This document shows positions 1 through 8,627 of a DNA stretch of 32,000 nucleotides, piece by piece. The translations under genes were made by a program, and so were the position numbers. Source of the DNA: an uncultured Chloroflexota bacterium (lineage in GTDB: Bacteria > Chloroflexota > Dehalococcoidia > Lucifugimonadales > UBA826); NCBI GenBank assembly GCA_913045625.1, contig CAJWPE010000010.1:1-32000 (forward strand), given 5' to 3'. Position 1 is the first letter of the stretch. Every line of letters starts with the position of its first letter. The notes beneath the pieces were generated by a model. The model worked only from the letters and a program-made list of their open reading frames with translations. It was not told the origin of the DNA and made no database searches.

Positions 1-585
1 GCCTTTTCAATTGGCCGTGGAAGAAATCTTGATCATATGAATGAGTGTGAAATTGTAGATTCATTTCAAGGAATTAAATCAGATTTAGCTTTATTATCTA
101 AAGGTCTTTTTTCATCAGAATTGGTTGTTAACTTTATTCAAGATAGAACTCCAAATATACAGGTTTTTAATGCGTTATTAAAAAATTTAAATGATTTGGA
201 AATGCAAAACAATATTGAACAATCGATGATTTGGTTTCAGCTCCAATTAATTAATTTTTCAGGAGTACTTCCTGAATTTATAGTGTGTATAAATTGTAAT
301 GAAAATCTTCAGAGGATGGATCATGTTTTTTTCCCTTCTATTGGAGGTATAAATTGTGCTAATTGTTCAGATATTAATTTGAAAGACGGAGTTGTGATTT
401 TAGAAGAATCTTTAGGGTTTTTACGGCATATTCAAAGAATGATTAGATCTTCAAAATCGTATCTATTTGACAAAAATTTAGATGAGAATACTTTGAAAGA
501 TTTAAACCGATTTTTGAGAATCTATTTATCATATACAGCGGAAAGACAAATGAAATCTACTAAATTTTTGGATTTAGTAAACTAA
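1..585 (+). CDS. recO: DNA repair protein RecO, C-terminal part (5' end lies upstream of the window)
   Basis: Frame 1 is open from base 1, with no stop before the listed Met at 37, so the gene is truncated by the window edge. The C-terminal region carries the RecO-type four-Cys zinc motif CINC...CANC. Stop TAA 583-585 overlaps the convergent HAD gene by 4 nt. Confidence 0.7.
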   Translation, partial: AFSIGRGRNLDHMNECEIVDSFQGIKSDLALLSKGLFSSELVVNFIQDRTPNIQVFNALLKNLNDLEMQNNIEQSMIWFQLQLINFSGVLPEFIVCINCNENLQRMDHVFFPSIGGINCANCSDINLKDGVVILEESLGFLRHIQRMIRSSKSYLFDKNLDENTLKDLNRFLRIYLSYTAERQMKSTKFLDLVN

Positions 586-1286
586 AGCAACTGTTCGCAT
601 AGGTCTGTAAAATCATTACTAATTAGATCAGGTTTATATTCTGATTCATCATACGGAAGATCATATCTGTTTACGTATGCTCCTCTAAATCCACTGTGGC
701 GAGCTCCTAATATATCAAATGAATGAGAAGCTACCATCATAATGTTCTCTGGTTCTAGCTTTAATGATCTACAGGCATATCTGTAGACTGATGGGTGTGG
801 CTTAAATTGTCCCACGGATTGCGCTGACAGAATAGAATGAAAATCCATTTCTATTCTGTTCTTGGCTAAGTAGTCTAAATAGTTTTGCTCACCGTTAGAC
901 AGAATCACTAAATTGAATTTTTCAGAAAGTTGATTTAATCCGTCTATGGCATCTTTAAATGGGGACAAAAAGTTGTATGCATCCATGAATTCATCAATTT
1001 GTTCGTAAGTAAAGTTTATTTTTAAAGTTCTTAAAGTGTACAAAAGAGCTCTTCTTTTTACTGGAAGGTATCCACTATGTCCCAGCATCAGTAAGTTATC
1101 TTGATATTGTTCGATTCTTTGCCTTTGTCGCCATATTGCCCAAACGTCATCACCTGTAATGTTTTCAGGGGTGTCGCATTTTTTGAGCAGCTGATTTAAA
1201 GGAGGTATTAAACTGCCTGCTAAATCTAGAACTGTTCCAAATATATCAAAAGTTAGAGTATTTACTTTTTTAATAGGATTAGTCAT
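582..1286 (-). CDS. HAD-superfamily hydrolase, type II (L-2-haloacid dehalogenase-like)
   Basis: 234-aa ORF with the family motifs in order: FDIFGTVLD (nucleophile Asp), LSNG, KPHP, and [18 protein letters not shown], which closely resembles the SSNAWDxxGAxxFGF..WINR block of L-DEX-type dehalogenases. ATG at 1286 overlaps the acr3 stop by 8 nt. Confidence 0.78.
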   Translation of the reverse strand: MTNPIKKVNTLTFDIFGTVLDLAGSLIPPLNQLLKKCDTPENITGDDVWAIWRQRQRIEQYQDNLLMLGHSGYLPVKRRALLYTLRTLKINFTYEQIDEFMDAYNFLSPFKDAIDGLNQLSEKFNLVILSNGEQNYLDYLAKNRIEMDFHSILSAQSVGQFKPHPSVYRYACRSLKLEPENIMMVASHSFDILGARHSGFRGAYVNRYDLPYDESEYKPDLISNDFTDLCEQLL

Positions 1287-2361
1287 GTGATGGAAATAGA
1301 TGTTTAGTTTTGTTTACAAAGTATACCAAAGAAAGCATTACTGGAACTTCTACTAAAACTCCTACAACTGTTGCTAAAGCTGCACCAGAATTTAATCCAA
1401 ATAAAGATATAGCTACAGCAACAGCTAATTCGAAGAAGTTTGATGTCCCTATTAAACAGGCTGGGGCGGCAATTTCAGGACTAAGACGGATAAAACGCGC
1501 TAAAACATAGGTAATAGCAAAAATACCGTATGTTTGTATCAGTAACGGTATTGCTATCAATCCTATTATTGCTGGTTGATCTATTATTACAGTAGCTTGA
1601 AAACCGAAAAGTAAAACTACAGTTGATAACAATCCTAGAATAGACCACGGCTTAATCAAATTTAAAAAACTGTTTAATGTAATTCTAGATTTTCTACCTA
1701 CTAAAATTCTAGATTTTCTACCTACTAAAATTTGACGAGTCATAATTCCTGCTAACAAAGGTAACAAAACATACAAAAGTACAGAAATTATTAATGTGTC
1801 CCACGGTAGTTCTAATTTTTCTGTAGCAAATTCATTACTGATTCCTAGCAAAAATCCAGCTATAGGAACGAATGCAAATATCATGATTAAATCGTTAATT
1901 GATACTTGAACTAATGTGTAATTGGGATCTCCTTTTGTTAACTGACTCCAAACAAATACCATTGCAGTACATGGTGCTACACCTAAAAGAATCATTCCAG
2001 CAATATACTCTGTTGATTTTGTGTCATCAATTAATCTATCAAATCCCGGTATTTCATAAATCACTTCAAAGAATAATATTCCTAGAGCAGCCATTGTAAA
2101 CGGCTTTATTAACCAGTTGACAATGATAGTAAGTATTAACCCTTTGGGTTTATTTCCAATTTCTTTTACAGAGGTGAAATCTATTTGTACCATCATGGGG
2201 TAAATCATTATCCATATGAAAATAGCTACAATAAGATTGACATTTGCGAACTCAATGTCTGCGATTGATTCAAAAAATTCTGGAAACCAGTTCCCTAAAA
2301 TCACTCCTCCTGCAATCGATAATCCTACCCAGAAAGTTAAATATTTTTCAAATATTCCCAT
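1279..2361 (-). CDS. acr3: ACR3-family arsenite efflux permease
   Basis: 360-aa polytopic membrane ORF with the ACR3 signature GVAPCTAMV (conserved Cys) and a layout like Bacillus/yeast ACR3. SD GAGG lies 5 nt upstream of ATG 2361. Contains an in-frame 24-bp tandem duplication (separate feature). Confidence 0.85.
   Translation of the reverse strand: MGIFEKYLTFWVGLSIAGGVILGNWFPEFFESIADIEFANVNLIVAIFIWIMIYPMMVQIDFTSVKEIGNKPKGLILTIIVNWLIKPFTMAALGILFFEVIYEIPGFDRLIDDTKSTEYIAGMILLGVAPCTAMVFVWSQLTKGDPNYTLVQVSINDLIMIFAFVPIAGFLLGISNEFATEKLELPWDTLIISVLLYVLLPLLAGIMTRQILVGRKSRILVGRKSRITLNSFLNLIKPWSILGLLSTVVLLFGFQATVIIDQPAIIGLIAIPLLIQTYGIFAITYVLARFIRLSPEIAAPACLIGTSNFFELAVAVAISLFGLNSGAALATVVGVLVEVPVMLSLVYFVNKTKHLFPSHD
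1681..1728. repeat. Perfect 2 x 24-bp direct tandem duplication (aattctagattttctacctactaa) inside acr3
   Basis: Read directly: 1681-1704 and 1705-1728 are identical, and the next 4 nt (1729-1732, aatt) restart the unit. On the coding strand this gives [16 protein letters not shown] in the central loop. Confidence 0.95.
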
Positions 2362-2661
2362 TGGAACCTCAAAGCTTCAGTTTTTTTCTATGATGCTAAC
2401 CCCAATATAAATCAAGAATTTTTTTTAGTTTTTGAGACTTGCATGGGATCAGATAATTACTATTGGCAACAATAAATCGATATTAATAGACAGCTTAAGG
2501 ATAAGTGTTAATAAAATATTAATGTTGTGTTATTAACGTTAGATTATAAAAAAAGTCCAATTTTTAAATAATATTTTGCATTGATTCTATTGTTCCTAAT
2601 AAGCAACAGGCTATTTTTTGAATCTATCGTATTTTGAACTTGGTTAATTAAATCCATTGCA

Positions 2662-2689
2662 TTGTTTTTATTTTAGTTTGATTTATAAT
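2662..2689 (+). promoter_or_regulatory. Candidate sigma70-type promoter for the riboswitch/B12 importer operon
   Basis: TTGTTT (2662-2667), 16-nt spacer, TATAAT (2684-2689). This places a start about 5-10 nt before riboswitch P1 at 2701. AT-rich context makes chance matches likely. Confidence 0.35.
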
Positions 2690-2700
2690 GATTTTGTGCT

Positions 2701-2799
2701 TACTAGGTGCTCATAAGAGAGAATAGGGAAGATGGTGAAATTCCATCACGGTCGCGCCACTGTAATTGATTTATCATAAGTCAGGAGACCTGCCTAGTA
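2701..2799 (+). promoter_or_regulatory. Cobalamin (B12) riboswitch aptamer, compact form
   Basis: P1 tactagg (2701-2707) pairs with cctagta (2793-2799). Conserved core strings aatagggaa, ggtgaaattcc and gccactg (2756-2762) are present, plus B12 box agtcaggagacctgcc (2779-2794). Sits directly upstream of a FecCD/BtuC-type importer operon. Confidence 0.88.
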
Positions 2800-2841
2800 T
2801 AGTTATCAAACTCTTCGCGTTCAAGAGTGTCAGATTTATAT

Positions 2842-2861
2842 CTTACTCTTTTGAGAGTAAG
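2842..2861 (+). promoter_or_regulatory. Riboswitch expression-platform hairpin overlapping the Shine-Dalgarno site
   Basis: cttactct (2842-2849) / tttg loop / agagtaag (2854-2861) forms an 8-bp perfect stem. Its 3' arm covers the first bases of the SD AAGG (2859-2862), which lies 6 nt before ATG 2869. No U-tract follows, so translational rather than terminator control is likely. Confidence 0.5.
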
Positions 2862-2868
2862 GTATGTT

Positions 2869-3912
2869 ATGAAAAGATTACTATACGAAAAACAGAATAG
2901 ATTGATATTTTTTACCATTGGTCTATTAATTCTCAGTTTTTTTATTTCTATGATCTCTTTGTCTTCTGGTGCCTATCACATAGATTTACCTGATGTTTTT
3001 TCAGTACTCTTTTTAGATTCTCAGCAAGATTCGCTAAATCACTCAATTATTTTGGATATCAGATTACCTAGAATAATTTTGTCTTTTTGTGTGGGTACTG
3101 CTTTAGCTGTTTCTGGAGCTGTAATGCAAGGATTGTTTAGGAATCCATTGGCTGACCCTGCTATTTTAGGAGTATCTGCAGGAGCAGCTCTTGGAGCTGT
3201 AATACCAATTTCTTTAGCCATTCATTCAATACATGTTTTGATAGTCCCAATATTCTCTTTTACCGGCGGATTAATTGCGTCAGGATTCGTATATTTGATT
3301 TACCTAGCAACAGGTAAAAAATCTAGTGCTGTTCTTTTATTAGCTGGGATAGCTATTGGGACATTTTTAAACTCTTTAATTACTTTAACTGTTTATTTGA
3401 GTGGGAACCCTTTCCAGATGCAAGCCATATTCATGTGGTTGATCGGAGGTTTTGAAGCCACTAGATGGGATCATGTTTTTACATGTTTACCAGTAGTGAT
3501 TTTAAGTACAGTATTTTTAACAATTAAATCGAAAGATATTAATCCCATAATGATTAGTGATGAGTATGCTGCCTCTTTAGGAATCAATGTTAAAAGAACA
3601 TTTTTAACATGTTTGATTTTTGCCACTTTGGCTACATCTATAGCAGTCTCGGTTAGTGGGATTTTAGCATTTGTAGGACTAGTGATTCCTCATGTTGTTA
3701 GGTTGTTTTTAGGGAGTGACAACAGGTTAGTTATTCCCGTTTCCGCTTTGACAGGAGGTTTTTTTATTTTATCTATGGATTACTTAGCAAGGATATTTTT
3801 TTCTTCTACTGATTTTAGAGTTGGGGTATTGATGAGTTTGGTTGGGGGACCATTTTTTATATTTTTGATTTTTAAAAACAATTTCAACTTAAGGACAAGA
3901 AATGAAATTTAA
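2869..3912 (+). CDS. ABC importer permease, FecCD/BtuC family (corrinoid uptake inferred from the riboswitch)
   Basis: Family block RLPRIILSFCVGTALAVSGAVMQGLFRNPLADPAILGVSAGAALGA in a multi-TM protein. The ORF track starts at GTG 2827 inside the riboswitch platform; I prefer ATG 2869 (MKRLLYEK...) because it has an SD. Confidence 0.88.
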   Translation: MKRLLYEKQNRLIFFTIGLLILSFFISMISLSSGAYHIDLPDVFSVLFLDSQQDSLNHSIILDIRLPRIILSFCVGTALAVSGAVMQGLFRNPLADPAILGVSAGAALGAVIPISLAIHSIHVLIVPIFSFTGGLIASGFVYLIYLATGKKSSAVLLLAGIAIGTFLNSLITLTVYLSGNPFQMQAIFMWLIGGFEATRWDHVFTCLPVVILSTVFLTIKSKDINPIMISDEYAASLGINVKRTFLTCLIFATLATSIAVSVSGILAFVGLVIPHVVRLFLGSDNRLVIPVSALTGGFFILSMDYLARIFFSSTDFRVGVLMSLVGGPFFIFLIFKNNFNLRTRNEI

Positions 3913-5095
3913 TAAAATGTTTATGATTATATTTATGTTGGTTGTTTTAACAATTGGAGCATGTTCTTCAGAACAAGAAGTTATGTCACCTCAACAACTA
4001 GCTCCAGCAGCAACTGCTTCACCAGCAATAGCTAATGCCCCTACACCCTCAGCACCCTTGGCTCCATCTCAGCCATCAGCCCCAGCGCAGCCAGCAGCCC
4101 CGACACAGCCAGTGCCAGCACCAACTAGTGAGCCAGTAATTGTATTGCCAGTAGTAGAAAATAAAGAACAATCTGTCGGTTCTGAGTTCATTGAAGTGTT
4201 ATCAAATATAGACGAGATTGTTGATCCTACTAATATGAATTGGCCTAGAACAATCAGTATAAATGGCGAAGCAATTGTAATAAATGAAATGCCTGAAAAA
4301 GTTTTAACAATTTCTTTAGGTCATGATGAAATTCTTTTTGGAATAAGTAACAAAGATCAAATTGCTGGAACCACTACTTTTGCTCAAGACGATGGGAGTA
4401 ATATTCAAGATAAATCTCTAGGGATGCCAACAGTTACAACAGATCCTGAATCAATTATTGTGTTGTCTCCCGACGTAGTATTTGCAGATGCATACGCATC
4501 AGTAGATTTAATGGATTCATTAGAGGATTTTGGGATTACTGTGATTCAAACACAATTGAATAATGGGATTGAGGGAAGAAAAAATGATATTTGGTTAATG
4601 GCTTACATTACTGGTAATTTAGAGCAAGCATCTGAATTAGTCTCTGATATTGATAGCAAAATAAACAAAATTAATGAATTTAGTAAAAATGAAGAAGTCC
4701 AAAAAAGGGTTTTAACTTTATCTTGGTGGGATTCATATTGGACTGCAGGAACTGGCTCTACTGAAGATTCGATAATTACATTGGCTGGTGCAATAAATAC
4801 AGCTGCAGAAAATGGGATCGAATCAAACACCACTATCGATAAAGAGAAACTCATTTCTATGAATCCTGAAGTAATTTTGATTACTCAATCAGTTAGTTGG
4901 GGAGGGCAGGATTTTTTTGATCAATTAATGTCAGACAACTCCTTGTCTTCAATTGATGCCATAAAAAATCAACAGGTTTTTATGGTTAATCCGAATTGGT
5001 GGGGAACTTTATCGTATTGGAATATTTTAGGATCAAAACAATTGATAGAAATTTTATTGCCAGATTCTGATTTTGAATTGTTTGGAGATTTTTAA
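3902..5095 (+). CDS. Lipoprotein substrate-binding protein, BtuF/FecB-type (class III periplasmic binding protein)
   Basis: Signal peptide plus lipobox (LTIGAC/SS), then a ~45-aa Pro/Ala-rich linker, then a binding domain of the type that partners FecCD permeases. SD AAGGA lies 6 nt upstream. Overlaps the permease stop by 11 nt. Confidence 0.8.
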   Translation: MKFNKMFMIIFMLVVLTIGACSSEQEVMSPQQLAPAATASPAIANAPTPSAPLAPSQPSAPAQPAAPTQPVPAPTSEPVIVLPVVENKEQSVGSEFIEVLSNIDEIVDPTNMNWPRTISINGEAIVINEMPEKVLTISLGHDEILFGISNKDQIAGTTTFAQDDGSNIQDKSLGMPTVTTDPESIIVLSPDVVFADAYASVDLMDSLEDFGITVIQTQLNNGIEGRKNDIWLMAYITGNLEQASELVSDIDSKINKINEFSKNEEVQKRVLTLSWWDSYWTAGTGSTEDSIITLAGAINTAAENGIESNTTIDKEKLISMNPEVILITQSVSWGGQDFFDQLMSDNSLSSIDAIKNQQVFMVNPNWWGTLSYWNILGSKQLIEILLPDSDFELFGDF

Positions 5096-5098
5096 GTT

Positions 5099-5833
5099 TT
5101 GAAAATTCGCATTGAAAATCTTAGTTTTTCTTATCACTCTAAACAAGTGATTAATGATATTAATATGGAAATTTCTGATTTCCCTACTGGAGTTGTTGGT
5201 CCAAATGGGTCTGGAAAAACTACGATATTGAAATTGTTAGGGGGTTTATTGAAACCTCCTAACAACAAAATTTTTATAGATGACAAAGATGTTAACTTGT
5301 TAACTTCAAATGAATTGTCCAAAATTTTTGCTTATGTTTCTCAAGATAATGAATACACTTTGGGATTTACCGTAGAAGAAATCATAGAAATGGGTAGATA
5401 TCCATATTTGGGGTCTTTTACTTTTGTGACTAAAAATGATCAATCGATAATAGATAAAACTATTGAAGTATTAGGGTTGGAAAAACTACGATCTTTTAAT
5501 ACAGATGAATTATCTTCTGGAGAGAAACAAAAAGTTCGTATTGCTAGAGCTCTAGTTCAAGAGCCCAAATTTATTTTATTAGATGAACCTACATCAAATT
5601 TAGATTTAGCTAATAAAATTTTAATTTTAGATGTATTAAAAAATATTTCAGACTTGGGAGTAGGATTGTTAATTACTTCTCATGATTTGGAATTCATTAG
5701 ACAATCTTCTGATAATGCTTACATGATAAAAAATGGAGAGATTTTAAATAGTGGCTCTTCAAAAGATATTATTGTGAGAGAAAATATTCAACAATTGTTC
5801 GGATTAACATCTTTACCCGAATGGGTGTCTTAA
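5099..5833 (+). CDS. ABC transporter ATP-binding protein (BtuD/FecE-type)
   Basis: Walker A GPNGSGKTT, ABC signature LSSGEKQKV, Walker B FILLDEPTSNLD. TTG start 3 nt after the SBP stop. Confidence 0.9.
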   Translation: MKIRIENLSFSYHSKQVINDINMEISDFPTGVVGPNGSGKTTILKLLGGLLKPPNNKIFIDDKDVNLLTSNELSKIFAYVSQDNEYTLGFTVEEIIEMGRYPYLGSFTFVTKNDQSIIDKTIEVLGLEKLRSFNTDELSSGEKQKVRIARALVQEPKFILLDEPTSNLDLANKILILDVLKNISDLGVGLLITSHDLEFIRQSSDNAYMIKNGEILNSGSSKDIIVRENIQQLFGLTSLPEWVS

Positions 5834-5865
5834 TAGTCTTCTACCAATGATCCTCGATTAGTTAT

Positions 5866-5893
5866 TTGACTTTTACATGCTCATTTATATACT
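5866..5893 (+). promoter_or_regulatory. Candidate sigma70-type promoter for the enolase-superfamily gene pair
   Basis: TTGACT (5866-5871), 16-nt spacer, TATACT (5888-5893). SD GAGGA (5910-5914) lies 6 nt before ATG 5921. Confidence 0.4.
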
Positions 5894-5920
5894 CAATCAA
5901 AATATTTCAGAGGACAGAAT

Positions 5921-7069
5921 ATGAAAATTACTGACATTAGTATCTATGCGGGAGAGTATGCGCAAACATCTAGAAGTAAAACAAATAAAAAATGGGTGTT
6001 TGTGAAAATGGAAACTGATGAAGGTTTTTATGGTTGGGGAGAAGTTGGAACATCTGTGAATGTTTCAGAAAATTTTATGGCTACTGCTATTCGTGAAGTT
6101 GCTCCACAATTAATTGGAGAAAACCCTATGGATATTGATAGATTGTGGAATAAGATTTTTAGAATGTTTTCTTACATGGGATCACGAGGATTTACCACAT
6201 CACTTGTTGCTGGTTTTGATATTGCTCTATGGGATATAAAAGGGAAAGTTGCCGGTTTGCCGGTTTATGACTTGTTAGGTGGAAGGTATCGAGACCCTGT
6301 TAGATTGTATTGTAATTCTTGGTTTCATGGTTGTTCTACCCCAGAAGATTATGCACAGGCTGCAAAGAAAAATTTACTTGGAAATAACCATAATGCATGT
6401 AAGTTAGACCCGTTTTTAGAGATGGTTCCTTATCACACAATGTACCAAGATGGGTTTATATCTCAAGCCGGAGAACAATTGGGTTATGACATTGTCGAAG
6501 CTGTTAGGGAAGTAGTTGGACCTGATTTTGAGATTTTGATAGATGCTCATGGTCACTATAATGTACCTAATGCTATTAGAATTTCTAACAATCTTTATGA
6601 AAGATTTAATATAGCTTGGTTTGAAGAACCCGTTCCACCAGAAGGGATTAATGCACTAAAACAAGTTAAAGAAAATACTAATGCCCCAATTTGTGTAGGA
6701 GAACGTTTGTATACAAGAGCTGATTTTATTCCAATTTTAGAGAATAATTTAGCTGATTTTATAATGCCTGATACGGTATGGACTGGTGGGATTTCTGAAG
6801 TCAAAAAAATAGCTACCATGGCTGAACCATATTATATTCCTATTACTCCACATGTGATTCCTGGAGGTCCAATAGAATTAATTGCTGCAGCTCATGTTGT
6901 TAGTTCAGTGCCAAATTTCTACAAGTTAGAGCATGCTCATTATTTAATACCCGAGCATAATAAAATGTTAGAAGAACCATATGTAATAAAGGATGGACAC
7001 ATACATTTAAATAACAAACCTGGACTTGGGTTTGAATTAGATGAATCTAAATTGGAAAAAATTGGTTAG
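5921..7069 (+). CDS. Enolase-superfamily enzyme, mandelate racemase/muconate-lactonizing family, galactonate-dehydratase-like (paralog 1)
   Basis: 382 aa with a DgoD-like N-terminus (MKITDI..WVFVKMETDEGFYGWGE). Metal ligands are present in IDAHG / WFEEP / VGERL, and the Asp-His dyad positions in MPD...TPH. The D-x-H general-acid motif is retained (D208/H210, nt 6542-6550). Confidence 0.85.
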   Translation: MKITDISIYAGEYAQTSRSKTNKKWVFVKMETDEGFYGWGEVGTSVNVSENFMATAIREVAPQLIGENPMDIDRLWNKIFRMFSYMGSRGFTTSLVAGFDIALWDIKGKVAGLPVYDLLGGRYRDPVRLYCNSWFHGCSTPEDYAQAAKKNLLGNNHNACKLDPFLEMVPYHTMYQDGFISQAGEQLGYDIVEAVREVVGPDFEILIDAHGHYNVPNAIRISNNLYERFNIAWFEEPVPPEGINALKQVKENTNAPICVGERLYTRADFIPILENNLADFIMPDTVWTGGISEVKKIATMAEPYYIPITPHVIPGGPIELIAAAHVVSSVPNFYKLEHAHYLIPEHNKMLEEPYVIKDGHIHLNNKPGLGFELDESKLEKIG

Positions 7070-7108
7070 TTGATCTATCAAAATTAATGTAAATAAGAAC
7101 TTACTAAA

Positions 7109-8257
7109 ATGAAAATCACAGACATAAAAATTTTCAAGATGGCAGCACCAACTTGGCATAAAGCAGGTACAAATAATTGGCTTTTTGTGAAAATCTATAC
7201 AGATTCAGGGATTCATGGTGTAGGTGAGGGAAGCTTACAATATAAGGATGCAGCGTTAGAGGCTGAAATATTAGATTTTGGAAAATTTTTAATAGGTAAA
7301 GATCCTTTTCAAGTAGAGTTTATATGGAACTCTTTATATAGAAGAGTTACATGGACAGGTGGTGCAGTAACTATGAGCGCCATCAGTGCTATTGATCTTG
7401 CTTTATGGGATATAAAAGGAAAGGCTCTTGATGTACCTGTTTATGAACTGTTGGGTGGGAAAGTAAGAGAAAAAATACCTGTTTACGCTAATGGCTGGTT
7501 TGAAGGATTAACTACACCAGAAGAACATGCTAAAGCTGCAAAAGAAGTTGTAAATGCTGGATACAAATGTCTAAAGTTTTATCCTTTTACAGGTAAATAC
7601 AGCATTGAAAATGAAAATCTAAATTATGGTGTTGAGTTAGTTAATGCTGTTAGAGATTCTGTTGGAGAAAATATACAAATAGCTATAGATGTCAGAGGTA
7701 GGCTAGATTACGGAAGTGCTTTAAAAGTTTTGGATAAGCTTAAACCTTTTAATATTTCTTGGGTTGAAGAACCTGTTCAATTTGATAATGTAGATGTGCT
7801 AGGAAAATTGGCACAGAAAACAGCAATCCCTATTTCTACAGGTGAACAACTTTATAATAAATGGGAATATCAAAAACTTTTTGAACAAAAATCTATCTCT
7901 ATAATACAACCTGACATTTGTCATGCTGGAGGATTATCAGAATTAAAGAAGATTTCAGCAGCAGCAGAAACCTATTATGTTAGTGTAGCTCCTCATAATT
8001 CAAACGGCCCTATTTCAACTATTGCAAGTCTTCATCTAGATATGAGTATTCCGAATTTATATAAACAAGAAATATTCGTAAGTTATCTTGAAGGTTATAA
8101 AAAAATACTTACTAATAATTTTATTATTGAAGATGGATTTGCATATACTCCCCAAGGCGCTGGATTGGGAACCGATATCAATGAAGCAGCTCTAAGTGAA
8201 TTTCCGGTAGCCGATTATGTACCAGTTGAATCAGAACCCTATACAGATTTCTTCTAA
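7109..8257 (+). CDS. Enolase-superfamily enzyme, mandelate racemase/muconate-lactonizing family (paralog 2, divergent active site)
   Basis: 382 aa (MKITDI..WLFVKIYTDSGIHGVGE). Metal ligands are present in IDVRG / WVEEP / TGEQL, and the dyad in QPD...APH. Arg replaces the His of the D-x-H motif (D194-V-R196, nt 7688-7696). Confidence 0.85.
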   Translation: MKITDIKIFKMAAPTWHKAGTNNWLFVKIYTDSGIHGVGEGSLQYKDAALEAEILDFGKFLIGKDPFQVEFIWNSLYRRVTWTGGAVTMSAISAIDLALWDIKGKALDVPVYELLGGKVREKIPVYANGWFEGLTTPEEHAKAAKEVVNAGYKCLKFYPFTGKYSIENENLNYGVELVNAVRDSVGENIQIAIDVRGRLDYGSALKVLDKLKPFNISWVEEPVQFDNVDVLGKLAQKTAIPISTGEQLYNKWEYQKLFEQKSISIIQPDICHAGGLSELKKISAAAETYYVSVAPHNSNGPISTIASLHLDMSIPNLYKQEIFVSYLEGYKKILTNNFIIEDGFAYTPQGAGLGTDINEAALSEFPVADYVPVESEPYTDFF

Positions 8258-8344
8258 AATACCAGATGGGGATTTGTCACCGTTTTCAGAAATATTTTTT
8301 ATGAAGTACAATAAAACGTCTGATTCGTAGCTGAAAATGACCAT

Positions 8345-8420
8345 GCCCCTATAGCTCAGGAGGATAGAGCACCGGTTTCCTAAACCGGGTGCACAGGTTC
8401 GAGTCCTGTTAGGGGCACCA
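8345..8420 (+). tRNA. tRNA-Arg (anticodon CCU), CCA encoded
   Basis: Hand-folded cloverleaf. Acceptor GCCCCTA/TAGGGGC; D stem GCTC/GAGC; anticodon stem CCGGT/ACCGG with loop TTCCTAA (anticodon CCT); T stem ACAGG/CCTGT with loop TTCGAGT; discriminator A; CCA at 8418-8420. Confidence 0.95.
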
Positions 8421-8627
8421 CGATTTTTAGGCACGGAATAGACAGTTTTACAGAATCTCCCGATCTATCAAATCGACCTTTTGGTCACTAAATGGTTACG
8501 AACTTTCTGCAATTTCTAGATTTAGTGCTTCGTCAATTGATCAAGAATGATTCACCATCTTGGGCAAGTGGGAATCTTGCGAGTCCTCCAACGAGGTTTT
8601 AATAAGTTAAACAGTAAGACATACCCC

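Noticed and set aside
2507-2537. Inverted repeat gttaataa...ttattaac with nested ttaata-aaa-tattaa palindrome upstream of acr3, considered as an ArsR-type operator
   Set aside because: It is composed almost entirely of A/T in a very AT-rich spacer, where such palindromes arise by chance. No ArsR gene is present to support the idea.
6767-7924. Initial impression that the two enolase paralogs have reciprocal losses of the two catalytic histidines (PDTVWTGG in copy 1 versus PDICHAGG in copy 2)
   Set aside because: Counting from the strand-6 Asp in E. coli DgoD shows the catalytic His285 is the His of the later APH motif, 27 residues after the PD Asp. Both copies retain it (TPH, APH). Only the D-x-H to D-x-R change in copy 2 stands.
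8231-8434. 67-aa minus-strand ORF from the track
   Set aside because: It is the antisense read-through of the tRNA-Arg gene (8345-8420) plus the flanking spacer. It has no SD, and the tRNA explains the sequence.
8579-8588. Possible att-like direct repeats of the tRNA 3' end: cgagtcct at about 8579-8588, and gttagggg at 30199-30206
   Set aside because: These are only 8-nt matches. Given the number of possible 8-mers from the tRNA 3' half and the search space, such matches are expected by chance. No integrase or phage gene lies between them.
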